Source: an uncultured Candidatus Saccharibacteria bacterium (lineage in GTDB: Bacteria > Patescibacteriota > Saccharimonadia > Saccharimonadales > UBA10212). From it: a stretch of DNA of 64,000 nt. The stretch is from positions 5,795-69,794 of the forward strand of contig CAYWQH010000008.1 in assembly GCA_964460855.1 (NCBI GenBank), given 5' to 3'. Below the pieces are notes generated by a model, which did not search any database, had not been told where the DNA came from, and worked only from the letters and a program-made list of their open reading frames with translations. Below, piece by piece: positions 44,260-52,713 of the stretch. Position 1 is the stretch's first letter. Each line of letters starts with the position of its first letter. The translations under genes and the position numbers were made by a program.

Positions 44260-45104
44260 TAGCCGGCCCCACGGCCAGCGGAAAGTCGGCAGTCGCTATG
44301 CGGCTGGCCCAACAGATGCCGGCCGAAATAATTTGCGCCGACTCGCGTACAATTTACCAGGGAATGGATATTGGAACGGCCAAACCAAGCCGGTTAGACC
44401 GGCAACTTACACCTCACTGGGGGCTGGACTTGGTAAAACCCGGGCAAAGGTTTACGGCCCACGATTTTAAAGAGTATTCTAACAAGCTGTTACCAGAGAT
44501 AGCCAGCCGGCATAATATCCCAATTATTGTTGGCGGCAGTGGTTTATATATAGATGCAGTAGCCTACAATTTTAGTTTTCGCCCAGGTTACGACCCGGAT
44601 AAACGGTCCGAATTAGAAAATAAAAGCATCGAAGAACTAACACAAATGATAAGTCAGGCATCGTTAATTATGCCGGCTAATTATAAGAACAAACGACACT
44701 TAATCAGGACTATTGAAGCGGAAGGGGCAAGTATAAAAAAATCTGCCCTGCGCGACGGATTTCATATATTCGGTATTATGCCAAGGGATGAATTAATAAA
44801 AGCAGCAATTAAAAAGCGGATAGACGCCATGTATACGAAGGGTTTTTTAGACGAAGTTAAAAGCCTGGCTGAAACGTATGGCGATGACTTTGGCGGGGTA
44901 GGCGGCATTGGATATGGCAGCGCGCTTCGGCATATTCGCGGCCAAATTTCCGAAGATCAAGCCAAGCAAGAATTTTCCAGCGGCGACTGGCAATACGCCC
45001 GCCGGCAAAAAACCTGGTTTAAAAGGAACAAAGATATAGAGTGGTTTCATTCGCCTGAACAAGCTTTTGATAAGATTCAGTTGTTCATGGCAAAACATCA
45101 ATAG
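44220..45104 (+). CDS. miaA: tRNA dimethylallyltransferase
   Basis: VIVIAGPTASGKSAVAMRLA, ICADSRTIYQGMDIGTAKPS, IIVGGSGLYI. It overlaps the upstream gene by 40 nt. Confidence 0.88.
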   Translation: MVARKSRTQQVIVIAGPTASGKSAVAMRLAQQMPAEIICADSRTIYQGMDIGTAKPSRLDRQLTPHWGLDLVKPGQRFTAHDFKEYSNKLLPEIASRHNIPIIVGGSGLYIDAVAYNFSFRPGYDPDKRSELENKSIEELTQMISQASLIMPANYKNKRHLIRTIEAEGASIKKSALRDGFHIFGIMPRDELIKAAIKKRIDAMYTKGFLDEVKSLAETYGDDFGGVGGIGYGSALRHIRGQISEDQAKQEFSSGDWQYARRQKTWFKRNKDIEWFHSPEQAFDKIQLFMAKHQ

Positions 45105-45149
45105 CTACAGCTATTAACTATCTGATACAATACTTGCAAGCAGGTACAC

Positions 45150-45764
45150 ATGATCGAGCAACTTTTTGGATCGAAAACCAGGGTAAAATTATTACAGCTT
45201 TTTTACGGTAACCCAAACCGGGCATTTTATGTGCGCGAAATTACCCGCAAGATTAACGAACAAATAAATTCGGTCCGACGTGAGCTATCCAACTTACTAA
45301 GCATTGGCATAATTACCTCTGAAACTAACAACAATAAACTCTATTACGAGGTTAACCAACAATTTGCCCATTACCAGGCCTTATCGGCCATGTTCGGCGG
45401 CAAAGCGGCAACTGTGCCTGTGTCTTCTTCGTTGAAGCCAAAACAGCAAAGCGGTGAAGAATCAGAAATCGTCAAAGATATAAAAGCATTGGGCAGGATA
45501 GACCTGGCAATATTGCTGGGCCAGTTTACCAGGGATGATTTTAGCAGCATCGACTTGCTTGTTGTAGGCGATATAAACCAAACTAAAGTTAACCATTTTA
45601 TTTCTGACCTGGAAGATAAGGAGAATAAAGAAATCCGCTATGCAATTATGTCTCCGTCCGAATATAAGTACCGGCTTCAAATTAATGACCGTTTCATTAA
45701 CAGCGTACTTTCCGCCAAAAAACAGGTCTTAATTAATGAGCAAGATTTGCAAGTAAGCCGCTAA
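45150..45764 (+). CDS. Winged-helix (ArsR/MarR-like) transcriptional regulator with an uncharacterised C-terminal domain
   Basis: FGSKTRVKLLQLFYGNPNRAFYVREITRKINEQINSVRRELSNLLSIGII. Confidence 0.55.
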   Translation: MIEQLFGSKTRVKLLQLFYGNPNRAFYVREITRKINEQINSVRRELSNLLSIGIITSETNNNKLYYEVNQQFAHYQALSAMFGGKAATVPVSSSLKPKQQSGEESEIVKDIKALGRIDLAILLGQFTRDDFSSIDLLVVGDINQTKVNHFISDLEDKENKEIRYAIMSPSEYKYRLQINDRFINSVLSAKKQVLINEQDLQVSR

Positions 45765-45777
45765 CCGGGAGAATTAG

Positions 45778-46401
45778 ATGGATATTCAATTTTATGGAGC
45801 CAACTGTTTACGTATCAGCACGAAAAAAGCTTCGATAGTAGTAGACGACAACCTGGCTGACTTGGGCGCCAAATCTATAACAAAATCAGACGATATCGCG
45901 CTGCACACCTCGCCCCATATAAAAGAAACTGAAAGCCGGTTTTTAGCGGCAATGCCAGGCGAATATGAGATATCCGGGGTGGTAATCCAAGGTATAGCCG
46001 CCAGGGCTTTTACGGATCATGAACACGAAAAATCGGCGGTTATTTTTAAAATTAACGCCGATGATAATAAACTGGTTGTGCTTGGACATATAGACCCAGG
46101 CCTATCCGAAGAACAGTTAGAGGCAATTGGTACGGTTGATATATTGATAATTCCAGTAGGTAACGGAGGCTATACCATTGGCGGTGACGGAGCTCTTAAA
46201 TTAATACGCAAGATAGAGCCAAAACTAGTAGTGCCTACCCATTACGCCGATAGCAAATTGAAATTCGAAGTACCCCAGCAGCCGCTGGATGCGGCCATAA
46301 AAGACATGGGCATGGAAATATCCGAAACTGTCCCTAGATTAAAACCAAAAACAACAGAATATACAGATGTTACCCGTTTAGTAGTTATAGAAAAGCAATA
46401 A
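45778..46401 (+). CDS. Metallo-beta-lactamase-fold hydrolase (UPF0173-like)
   Basis: 207 aa. MDIQFYGANCLRISTKKASIVVDD ... ILIIPVGNGGYTIGGDGALKLIRKIEPKLVVPTHY. Confidence 0.6.
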   Translation: MDIQFYGANCLRISTKKASIVVDDNLADLGAKSITKSDDIALHTSPHIKETESRFLAAMPGEYEISGVVIQGIAARAFTDHEHEKSAVIFKINADDNKLVVLGHIDPGLSEEQLEAIGTVDILIIPVGNGGYTIGGDGALKLIRKIEPKLVVPTHYADSKLKFEVPQQPLDAAIKDMGMEISETVPRLKPKTTEYTDVTRLVVIEKQ

Positions 46402-46590
46402 TTAAAGCAAACCGCGTTTTTTCAGCGTGCGGATAGCATGGGTGCTGAGTTGTAACTTAACTTTGCGCCCATCAACAATAACAGTTTTGGACTGCAGGTT
46501 TGGCTTCCAAACTTTTTTAGTATGGCGCTGCGAAAAACTAACATTGCTGCCATACTGCTTGCCTTTACCGGTTAAATCACACTTTTGCAT
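46402..46590 (-). CDS. rpmB: 50S ribosomal protein bL28
   Basis: MQKCDLTGKGKQYGSNVSFSQRHTKKVWKPNLQ... Confidence 0.9.
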   Translation of the reverse strand: MQKCDLTGKGKQYGSNVSFSQRHTKKVWKPNLQSKTVIVDGRKVKLQLSTHAIRTLKKRGLL

Positions 46591-46671
46591 AGTATATAAG
46601 TATAAGTTTCAAGGGTTTATTGTACGTTTTTTAAGGTGTAGCGTCAAGAGTAAACAATTACGCTATACTAA

Positions 46672-47307
46672 ATGTTGATGAGCGATACCGTCTATACTTT
46701 AATATTAGCTATTCCCGCAATTCTTGTGGCAATAACCATTCATGAAGCGATGCATGCTGTCGTTAGTGATAGGCTAGGTGATGATACTGCGCGGTTGGAC
46801 GGCCGGATTACATTAAACCCAATCCATCATATTGATCCGTTTGGAAGTGTTTTGTTGCCCCTAATTCTAATTTTATTGCACTTACCAGTAATCGGTGCTG
46901 CCAAACCGGTTCAGATAAACAAACTTCGCTTAAAATATGATGATTTCGGCGCGGCGATTGTTGCCGCGGCCGGCCCGGCGTCCAATCTGGTTTTAGCTTT
47001 ATTGGGTGCCGTACTTTTTAGAGTAATGAACGTTCACAGCGGGGCTGCGGCTGATTTTCTTACCCTTTTTGTATCTATTAATGTCGGTTTCTTCGTGTTT
47101 AACCTTATTCCGTTCCCGCCATTAGATGGTTCGCGGATTTTATATGCTTTAGCTCCCGAGCCGGTGCAGGAATTCATGGATATGATTGAAGCCTACGGGA
47201 TAACAGCCTTTTTAATATTTTTCATTCTTTTTTACCAATTCTTCAGCCCGGTTATCGGCAATATTATTAATCACATTTTGAATGTTTTACTGCCAGTTAA
47301 CCTCTAA
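46672..47307 (+). CDS. Site-2 protease family (M50) membrane metalloprotease
   Basis: HExxH at ITIHEAMHAV, several TM helices, and a downstream NLIPFPPLDGSRIL motif. Confidence 0.8.
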   Translation: MLMSDTVYTLILAIPAILVAITIHEAMHAVVSDRLGDDTARLDGRITLNPIHHIDPFGSVLLPLILILLHLPVIGAAKPVQINKLRLKYDDFGAAIVAAAGPASNLVLALLGAVLFRVMNVHSGAAADFLTLFVSINVGFFVFNLIPFPPLDGSRILYALAPEPVQEFMDMIEAYGITAFLIFFILFYQFFSPVIGNIINHILNVLLPVNL

Positions 47308-47568
47308 GCTATAATACAAGTGTCGGTCTTGGTACGATTGATTTTCTGAATACATAAATTGAGGGAGTCCAATATGCGTAGCCGCTTGTGGGCAGCACGT
47401 GCGGACACCCACTTTGCTAACAAGCAGAGTGAATCAAGTGCCAAACCGACCCTTGTTATATTTAGAGCATTTCTAATTCTTTGCGTCGCATGAGAATATA
47501 ACGATAGGGAAAAAGAGCAGCGAGCTTGGTCCCGAAGTTTACGAGGGACTCGGCAATGCCGACGAGCG

Positions 47569-47598
47569 ATGAGAAAAAACCGTCAGGTTTTGTCTCAT
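47569..47598 (+). terminator. Hairpin with short T-run immediately upstream of tRNA-Pro
   Basis: atgagaaaaaacc-gtca-ggttttgtctcat (13-bp stem, 1 mismatch), then ttctcttt. Confidence 0.35.
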
Positions 47599-47606
47599 TT
47601 CTCTTT

Positions 47607-47683
47607 CGGGGATTGGCGCAGTTGGCTAGCGCGTACGGCTGGGGGCCGTGAGGTCGCAGGTTCAAGTCCTGTATCCCCGACCA
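47607..47683 (+). tRNA. tRNA-Pro (anticodon GGG), CCA encoded
   Basis: cggggattggcgcagttggctagcgcgtacggctGGGggccgtgaggtcgcaggttcaagtcctgtatccccgacca. Confidence 0.9.
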
Positions 47684-47708
47684 ATTAACACAGATCGGCA
47701 GCAAATAA

Positions 47709-48425
47709 ATGTGGCAGGAAATAGACAACCAACTTTACAAAAAATTTCATTTTTCTAATTATCAAATGGCGGTTAAATTTTTAAGTCAAATGGCGGTTGC
47801 CGCTGAAAAAGCAAACCATCATCCGGTCATGCGCCTTAGCTATGACAGCGTTGAAGTTTGGTTTACGACGCATGACCAAAATAATAAAGTTACTAGTCTG
47901 GACCATGAAATGTCCAAAGCAGCGGATACTCTATACAGTAATAATAATTCCCAAAATGATACAAAACTGGCAGCTTCAGTTGCTAATAAGACAACATCAA
48001 AAGATATTAAATTTACAGAGGTAAAAATCTATACTGACGGCGGATCCAGGGGCAATCCCGGGCCTTCGGCAGCAGCTTTTGTTGTAGAGGATATGGATGG
48101 AAACGTTGTAGAAAAATCAGGTGACTATATTGGCATTACTACCAATAACCAAGCCGAATACCAGGCCCTTAAAAAGGCTTTGGACCGGGCTATTAGCTTA
48201 GGCGTAAAAAAGGTTCATATATATATGGATAGCCTGCTTGTGGTTAACCAAATTAATGGATTATTCAAAGTTAAGAACCGTGACTTGTGGCCAATATATG
48301 AAAAAGTAAATGAGCTTAAAGGCAAATTTTCGGTAATTACATTCCAGCAAGTGCCGCGACAGTTAAATAAAATTGCCGATGCTGAAGTAAACCGGATTTT
48401 AGACGAGCAAGTAAAAAGTGTATAA
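47709..48425 (+). CDS. Fusion protein: pterin-4a-carbinolamine dehydratase (PCD/DCoH)-like domain + RNase H (type 1) domain
   Basis: The N-terminus has FLSQMAVAAEKANHHPVMRLSYDSVEVWFTTHD (HHP signature). After a low-complexity linker comes KIYTDGGSRGNPGPSAAAFVV, NNQAEYQALKKAL, IYMDSLLVVNQ, NKIADAEVN (DEDD residues). Confidence 0.75.
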   Translation: MWQEIDNQLYKKFHFSNYQMAVKFLSQMAVAAEKANHHPVMRLSYDSVEVWFTTHDQNNKVTSLDHEMSKAADTLYSNNNSQNDTKLAASVANKTTSKDIKFTEVKIYTDGGSRGNPGPSAAAFVVEDMDGNVVEKSGDYIGITTNNQAEYQALKKALDRAISLGVKKVHIYMDSLLVVNQINGLFKVKNRDLWPIYEKVNELKGKFSVITFQQVPRQLNKIADAEVNRILDEQVKSV

Positions 48426-48431
48426 TATAGC

Positions 48432-48784
48432 GCGCAGGATTATTGGCTGATCGCCCCGCTTTAGCGGGGAGGAAAGTCCGGGCAGCTAAGGGCAGGACAG
48501 TTGCTAACGGCAACCGGGGGTAACCCTAGGGAAAGTGCCACAGAAACAATACAACCAGGTAGAAATACCGGGAAATGGTGAAACGAGTGGGGTAAAAGCC
48601 CACAGTTCCTCACGGTGACGTCAGGAAAAGGTAAACCCTGTCTGCTGCAAGGGATGGACATGCCGCTTTAAAACGGATGGTGCGCCCGCCAAGTCCATCA
48701 AATATCCGCTTGAGCTACATGGCAACATGAGGTCTAGATAGATGATTGGCTAAAACAGAACCCGGCTTACGGATAATCCCGCAC
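48432..48784 (+). ncRNA. rnpB: RNase P RNA (bacterial type A)
   Basis: CR-I GAGGAAAGTCCGGGC (48468-), GGTAAACCC, and CR-V ACAGAACCCGGCTTA (48755-). P1 pairs gcaggattat with ataatcccgc. End coordinates are accurate to about 5 nt. Confidence 0.9.
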
Positions 48785-48786
48785 AT

Positions 48787-48815
48787 AAAAATACCGCTTA
48801 AAAGCGGTATTTTTA
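48787..48815. terminator. Bidirectional intrinsic terminator between rnpB and rplT
   Basis: aaaa-ataccgc-ttaaaa-gcggtat-ttttat has an A-run on one side and a T-run on the other. Confidence 0.75.
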
Positions 48816-48831
48816 TACTTTAAAATTAAAT

Positions 48832-49176
48832 TTATTTTTTAACTGTAGATACGATTTCTTTAAAAGCTTGAGGCTCATTGGTAGCCAGTTCGCTCAAAAT
48901 TTTGCGATTCAAAGAAACGCCGGACTGTTTCAGTTGGGAGATTAACCGGCTGTAAGTTGTACCATTCAGGCGGGCAGCAGCATTTATGCGGGCATTCCAT
49001 AAGCTGCGGAAAGACCGCTTACGATTACGGCGGTCGCGATAGGCGAACTGTAACGAACGGGTGGCGGCCTGCTTGCCGCGCCTAATACTGCTGCGGTTCG
49101 GCCGGCTCATTCCTTTAGTGGTTCTGCGGATTTTATTATGACGGCGTGAAGTTGCTACGCCTCGCTTAACTCTCAC
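48832..49176 (-). CDS. rplT: 50S ribosomal protein bL20
   Basis: MRVKRGVATSRRHNKIRRTTKG...FAYRDRRNRKRSFRSLWNARINAAAR. Confidence 0.92.
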   Translation of the reverse strand: MRVKRGVATSRRHNKIRRTTKGMSRPNRSSIRRGKQAATRSLQFAYRDRRNRKRSFRSLWNARINAAARLNGTTYSRLISQLKQSGVSLNRKILSELATNEPQAFKEIVSTVKK

Positions 49177-49179
49177 TTT

Positions 49180-49374
49180 TTATACTCCTAATTTCATCTT
49201 CAAATTTTTAGCTTGCTGGCCGGAAATGGTTTCTACACCGGCGTATTTACGTTTACGGGCAGCACTTTTCTTTTGCAGAAAATGAGTGCCTGTAGCATGG
49301 CGCCTCATAACTTTACCAGTTTTTGTAATGGTAATTTTTTTCTTAACGCTTCTATGTGGTTTTAACTTTGGCAT
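49180..49374 (-). CDS. rpmI: 50S ribosomal protein bL35
   Basis: MPKLKPHRSVKKKITITKTGKVMRRHATGTHFLQKKS. Confidence 0.9.
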   Translation of the reverse strand: MPKLKPHRSVKKKITITKTGKVMRRHATGTHFLQKKSAARKRKYAGVETISGQQAKNLKMKLGV

Positions 49375-49879
49375 TGTTGCTCCTAATAACGAAATTTAGT
49401 TGTTTTCCAGTAAGTTGGGGCGGTTGGTCGGCGATAACAGTATCTCCCAACATCTGCTGGACTTTATCAGCTAAGGTAAAGCCAATTTCTTTATGGGCCA
49501 GTTCTCGGCCGCGGTAAACAATTGTTACACGTACTTTATGGCCGGCTTCCAGGAAGGCGTTGATCTTTTTAATCTTAACCCCGAGGTCGTGCTCGCCGAT
49601 TTTTAAACCCATTCTTATTTGCTTAAGGTCCAGTTGTTTGCTGCTCTTCCGGTTTTTTTGAAGTTGTTTGGTGCGCTGGTAGTTATACTTGCCCCAATTA
49701 ACCATTTTGACGACCGGAGGTTTAGCATCTGGCGAAACTTCAACTAAATCTAACCCGGCTTCCTCGGCGGCACTTATGGCTTCGGCGCGTGTCAGCACAC
49801 CTAATTGTTTGCCGTCGTCGGTGATAACTCTAAGTTGAGGCGCCTGAATTGCATCATTCAGGCGTGGTAGTTTGCTAAT
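49352..49879 (-). CDS. infC: Translation initiation factor IF-3, probable AUU start
   Basis: INDAIQAPQLRVITDDGKQLGVL...LDLVEVSPDAKPPVVKMVNWGKYNY. SD aggag (49887-91) lies 7 nt upstream of ATT at 49879-77. The track instead extends the ORF to a TTG at 49924. It overlaps rpmI by 23 nt. Confidence 0.85.
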   Translation of the reverse strand: MSKLPRLNDAIQAPQLRVITDDGKQLGVLTRAEAISAAEEAGLDLVEVSPDAKPPVVKMVNWGKYNYQRTKQLQKNRKSSKQLDLKQIRMGLKIGEHDLGVKIKKINAFLEAGHKVRVTIVYRGRELAHKEIGFTLADKVQQMLGDTVIADQPPQLTGKQLNFVIRSNNAKVKTT

Positions 49880-49944
49880 ACTTTTACTCCTTGCACTTTT
49901 TAGATCATAACAGATAAGCGCCAAAAGTTCAATAATGCTATTAG

Positions 49945-51450
49945 TTACTTTTCGCGGTACTGCAATGCTTCGCCAATATGGGCTTGGTTTATAGCCTCGG
50001 ACAGCTCCAAATCAGCGATGGTTCGGGCAACTTTGATCGTTTTCATGTAGGCCCTGGCCGACATTTTAAGCCGGGCTGCTGCTGCATCCAAGTATTCCTT
50101 GGCCTCGCTGCTTAAATGTGCAAGTTGTTTTATCTCGTCATTTGATATTGTCGAGTTAAAGCGTTTACATCCAAACCGGCTATTTTGCATATCTTCGGCG
50201 CGGCGTACCATGCTCATGTAACTATCATTAACGCTAGTAGGCTGGTTTTGCAGTAGCTTGTCATGCTCGACTTCTTCCACCGCTACATGTATATCTATGC
50301 GGTCTTTAATCGGTCCTGAAAGCCGAGCCTGGTATGCCCTGATTGCCGCTGCACTACAGCTGCATTCTTTTAGCGAACCGTAATATCCGCAGGGGCACGA
50401 ATTCTGTGTTGCAATTAGCATGAAGTTGGCAGGGTACTCTACGCTGCTTTTGATACGAGTTACGGAAATACGTCTTTCTTCTAGCGGTTGGCGCAGCGCT
50501 TCGATGCTGGATCGGTTGAATTCCGGCAGTTCATCCAGAAATAGAACGCCGCAATGTGCCAGGCTTATTTCGCCGGGCTTTGGCGAAGCGCTGCCCCCGG
50601 TTAAAGAGATGGTACTGGCGCTATGGTGGGGCGCCCTGAAAGGAGGATTTGTAACTATCGAATTATAATTTGCATTTCCGAGGCTATGAAGATGGGTAAC
50701 TTCTATCATCTCTTGCTTGTCTAAAGGGGGCAATAAGCTGCGCAGGGCTTTCGCCAGCATAGTCTTACCCGTGCCGGGTGGCCCGTATAACAAAATATTG
50801 TGCCGGCCGGCTGCAGCGATTATAAGGGCCCTTTTAGCAAGTTCCTGGCCGGCAATGGATGCCAGCGTAACTTCGCCAGGCACTCTTACGCCTTTAGCCG
50901 CAGCACTAAACTCGCTAGAATGGACGTTTTTTGCGGGCTTTAAGCCAGTAAGATCCAAATATATATCGTTTAAGCTATTAAAAGTCGTAATATTAATATC
51001 AGGAACTAAGCTAGCTTGCGTTAAATTATCATAAGGAATATAAAAGTCTTTTATACCAAATTGTTTAGCAGCCAGTAACTTGCCTATAATTCCTCGTATC
51101 GGCCTGATCTTTCCATCTAGGCTCAACTCGCCTAAGAAGATTTTATTAACGGTCCGGCCGGCTTCTACTTGTTTGGACGCTAATAAAATACTTACTGCCA
51201 TAGCCAGATCCATGGAAGTACCTTCTTTTGGAATATCACCCGGAGCCAAATTAATAACTATTCTTTTGCGCGGAAAGTTAAGACCCGAAGCATTAAAGCT
51301 GGCCCTTAGCCGGTCTTTGGCTTCTCCAACCGCGCGCGAAGCTATGCCAATAATATTAACGCTGGGCAAGCCCGAAGTAATATGGCACTCAACATCAATT
51401 AAACTGCCACCATCCAAGTTATCAACGATACTTTTTATGCCTTTTGACAT
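49945..51450 (-). CDS. comM: YifB/ComM-family Mg-chelatase-like AAA+ ATPase
   Basis: Lon-like N-terminal domain (ECHITSGLPSVNIIGIASRAVGEAKDRL), Walker A LLYGPPGTGKTMLAKAL, Walker B GVLFLDELPEF. Confidence 0.88.
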   Translation of the reverse strand: MSKGIKSIVDNLDGGSLIDVECHITSGLPSVNIIGIASRAVGEAKDRLRASFNASGLNFPRKRIVINLAPGDIPKEGTSMDLAMAVSILLASKQVEAGRTVNKIFLGELSLDGKIRPIRGIIGKLLAAKQFGIKDFYIPYDNLTQASLVPDINITTFNSLNDIYLDLTGLKPAKNVHSSEFSAAAKGVRVPGEVTLASIAGQELAKRALIIAAAGRHNILLYGPPGTGKTMLAKALRSLLPPLDKQEMIEVTHLHSLGNANYNSIVTNPPFRAPHHSASTISLTGGSASPKPGEISLAHCGVLFLDELPEFNRSSIEALRQPLEERRISVTRIKSSVEYPANFMLIATQNSCPCGYYGSLKECSCSAAAIRAYQARLSGPIKDRIDIHVAVEEVEHDKLLQNQPTSVNDSYMSMVRRAEDMQNSRFGCKRFNSTISNDEIKQLAHLSSEAKEYLDAAAARLKMSARAYMKTIKVARTIADLELSEAINQAHIGEALQYREK

Positions 51451-51487
51451 ATTTAATTAATTATTGCACTTTATCCCAACAATTAAA

Positions 51488-51519
51488 ATACCCCGGTTTG
51501 TCCGGGGTATTTTGTTTTT
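51488..51519. terminator. Strong hairpin with flanking A/T runs in the comM upstream region
   Basis: ataccccgg-tttgt-ccggggtat then tttgtttttg. It is preceded by aattaaa, so it is terminator-like on both strands. Confidence 0.5.
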
Positions 51520-51576
51520 GTTAGGGTGTGTATTGAGGTGTTACGACGTATCTTTGTTTGTGTACTTCTTGGCTGG

Positions 51577-51603
51577 AACAACGGCTTGCGAGAAGCCGTT
51601 GTT
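51577..51603 (+). terminator. Second hairpin of a three-hairpin cluster
   Basis: aacaacggctt-gcgag-aagccgttgtt (11-bp stem). A T-rich stretch, ggtttttgttttg, lies 8 nt downstream. Confidence 0.35.
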
Positions 51604-52524
51604 ACGATACGGTTTTTGTTTTGAGCACTTTTTTTATTCAAGTGCCGTTTTCATCTTATAAATTAGTCTTTTTACTGTCAATACGATTATGTTAAAAAGC
51701 ATAAAAAAGCTGTGTATAACTATCAATCGGAATAATTAATTTAATAAGGGCAGGGGGATGTTGCATAGGCAAATTGCTGCGAATTCTGGGTATATTTAGA
51801 ACTTAGCCGTTTATATGACAATGGGATAATACTAAATTAAACGGCAGTTCATATATATAAGTAATTGGATAATTTAGTTAACTTGCAGCCCAATCATATA
51901 AATTAATGACTGTTAGCAGAACTTGGCTATAGCCCGAAAATATATGTAACATCTGATGTTTTTTAGGGCATTGCTCCGGCAGCCTCTATTTAGGTTAAAG
52001 ATATTTTTACTAGCAAATGTAGATGCGACTAGATAACTTAGGTACAAAGAGTATGCGTGTATGAATGTTTATAGTCGACAGCCCGTAGGCGCAAACAAAC
52101 ATAATAATGAACGTACATCGCAAAACATTTTTCTATATTCCATTGCAAACATTTTAAAGCCGATAAATAAATGCTAGATGGATAAAAACAACCGCTATTT
52201 AATTAAGCAATTTAAGACTAAAGGCTGTATACAACATATAAATATTAAGCCGATAGGCTGTTAACAATTTGTTCAGAATAATGATTTGATAATAATATAT
52301 CGAATTTACAACTTGCCTAAATCCACCGCTTTTATTGTTGACTAATTATGGCACAGTATATTTAAGCAACTGTTACGTTGTAAATTAACCGTCTAATGAT
52401 ATATGGCCCAAAGCACAATAATTAACTAAACACTTTACATTACTTACAACGTAAATATATTTAGTGGGGCATGATTATAACAACACTTATAAGATATAGG
52501 TAGTAAATAACACAACTATAATTG

Positions 52525-52553
52525 TTGACTAATAGTGAATCAGGTGCTAATTT
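52525..52553 (+). promoter_or_regulatory. Candidate promoter of the 52714-56514 operon (TTGACT, 17 nt, TGcTAATTT)
   Basis: -35 TTGACT (52525-30), 17-nt spacer, extended -10 tgcTAATTT (52545-53). The 13-mer attgttgactaat also occurs at 52334-46. Confidence 0.4.
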
Positions 52554-52713
52554 AAGTGCATGAAGCCAAAATAAATAAATGTCTTCTTTACAGCATAGCT
52601 GGATAACGCTCTCTAACGAGAGCGGTCAGTCTGCCAAACGGCGGTAAGCGCTAAATAGTTTTAACAAATAGGGCGCATTTACCGCCTTGGCACCAAGCTT
52701 ATAAAATGGAAAT

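Noticed and set aside
47320-47460. SRP (4.5S) RNA or 6S RNA, because of the rod-like fold.
   Set aside because: The conserved SRP helix-8 motifs (GGAA tetraloop flanked by AGG..C / AGCAGC) are absent on either strand. The length is too short for 6S. It is left as an unclassified structured region.
51464-51661. 65-aa plus-strand ORF in the comM upstream region.
   Set aside because: The frame is built from three consecutive hairpin/T-run structures, giving a Phe/Leu/Cys-rich translation with no RBS. It is more plausibly noncoding structure.
51451-52713. Chromosomal oriC in the AT-rich gap near gyrB/gyrA.
   Set aside because: No dnaA or dnaN is adjacent. The best DnaA-box matches here have 1-3 mismatches and are scattered. 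I cannot compute GC skew. The idea is kept only as a low-probability alternative inside the AT-rich-region finding.
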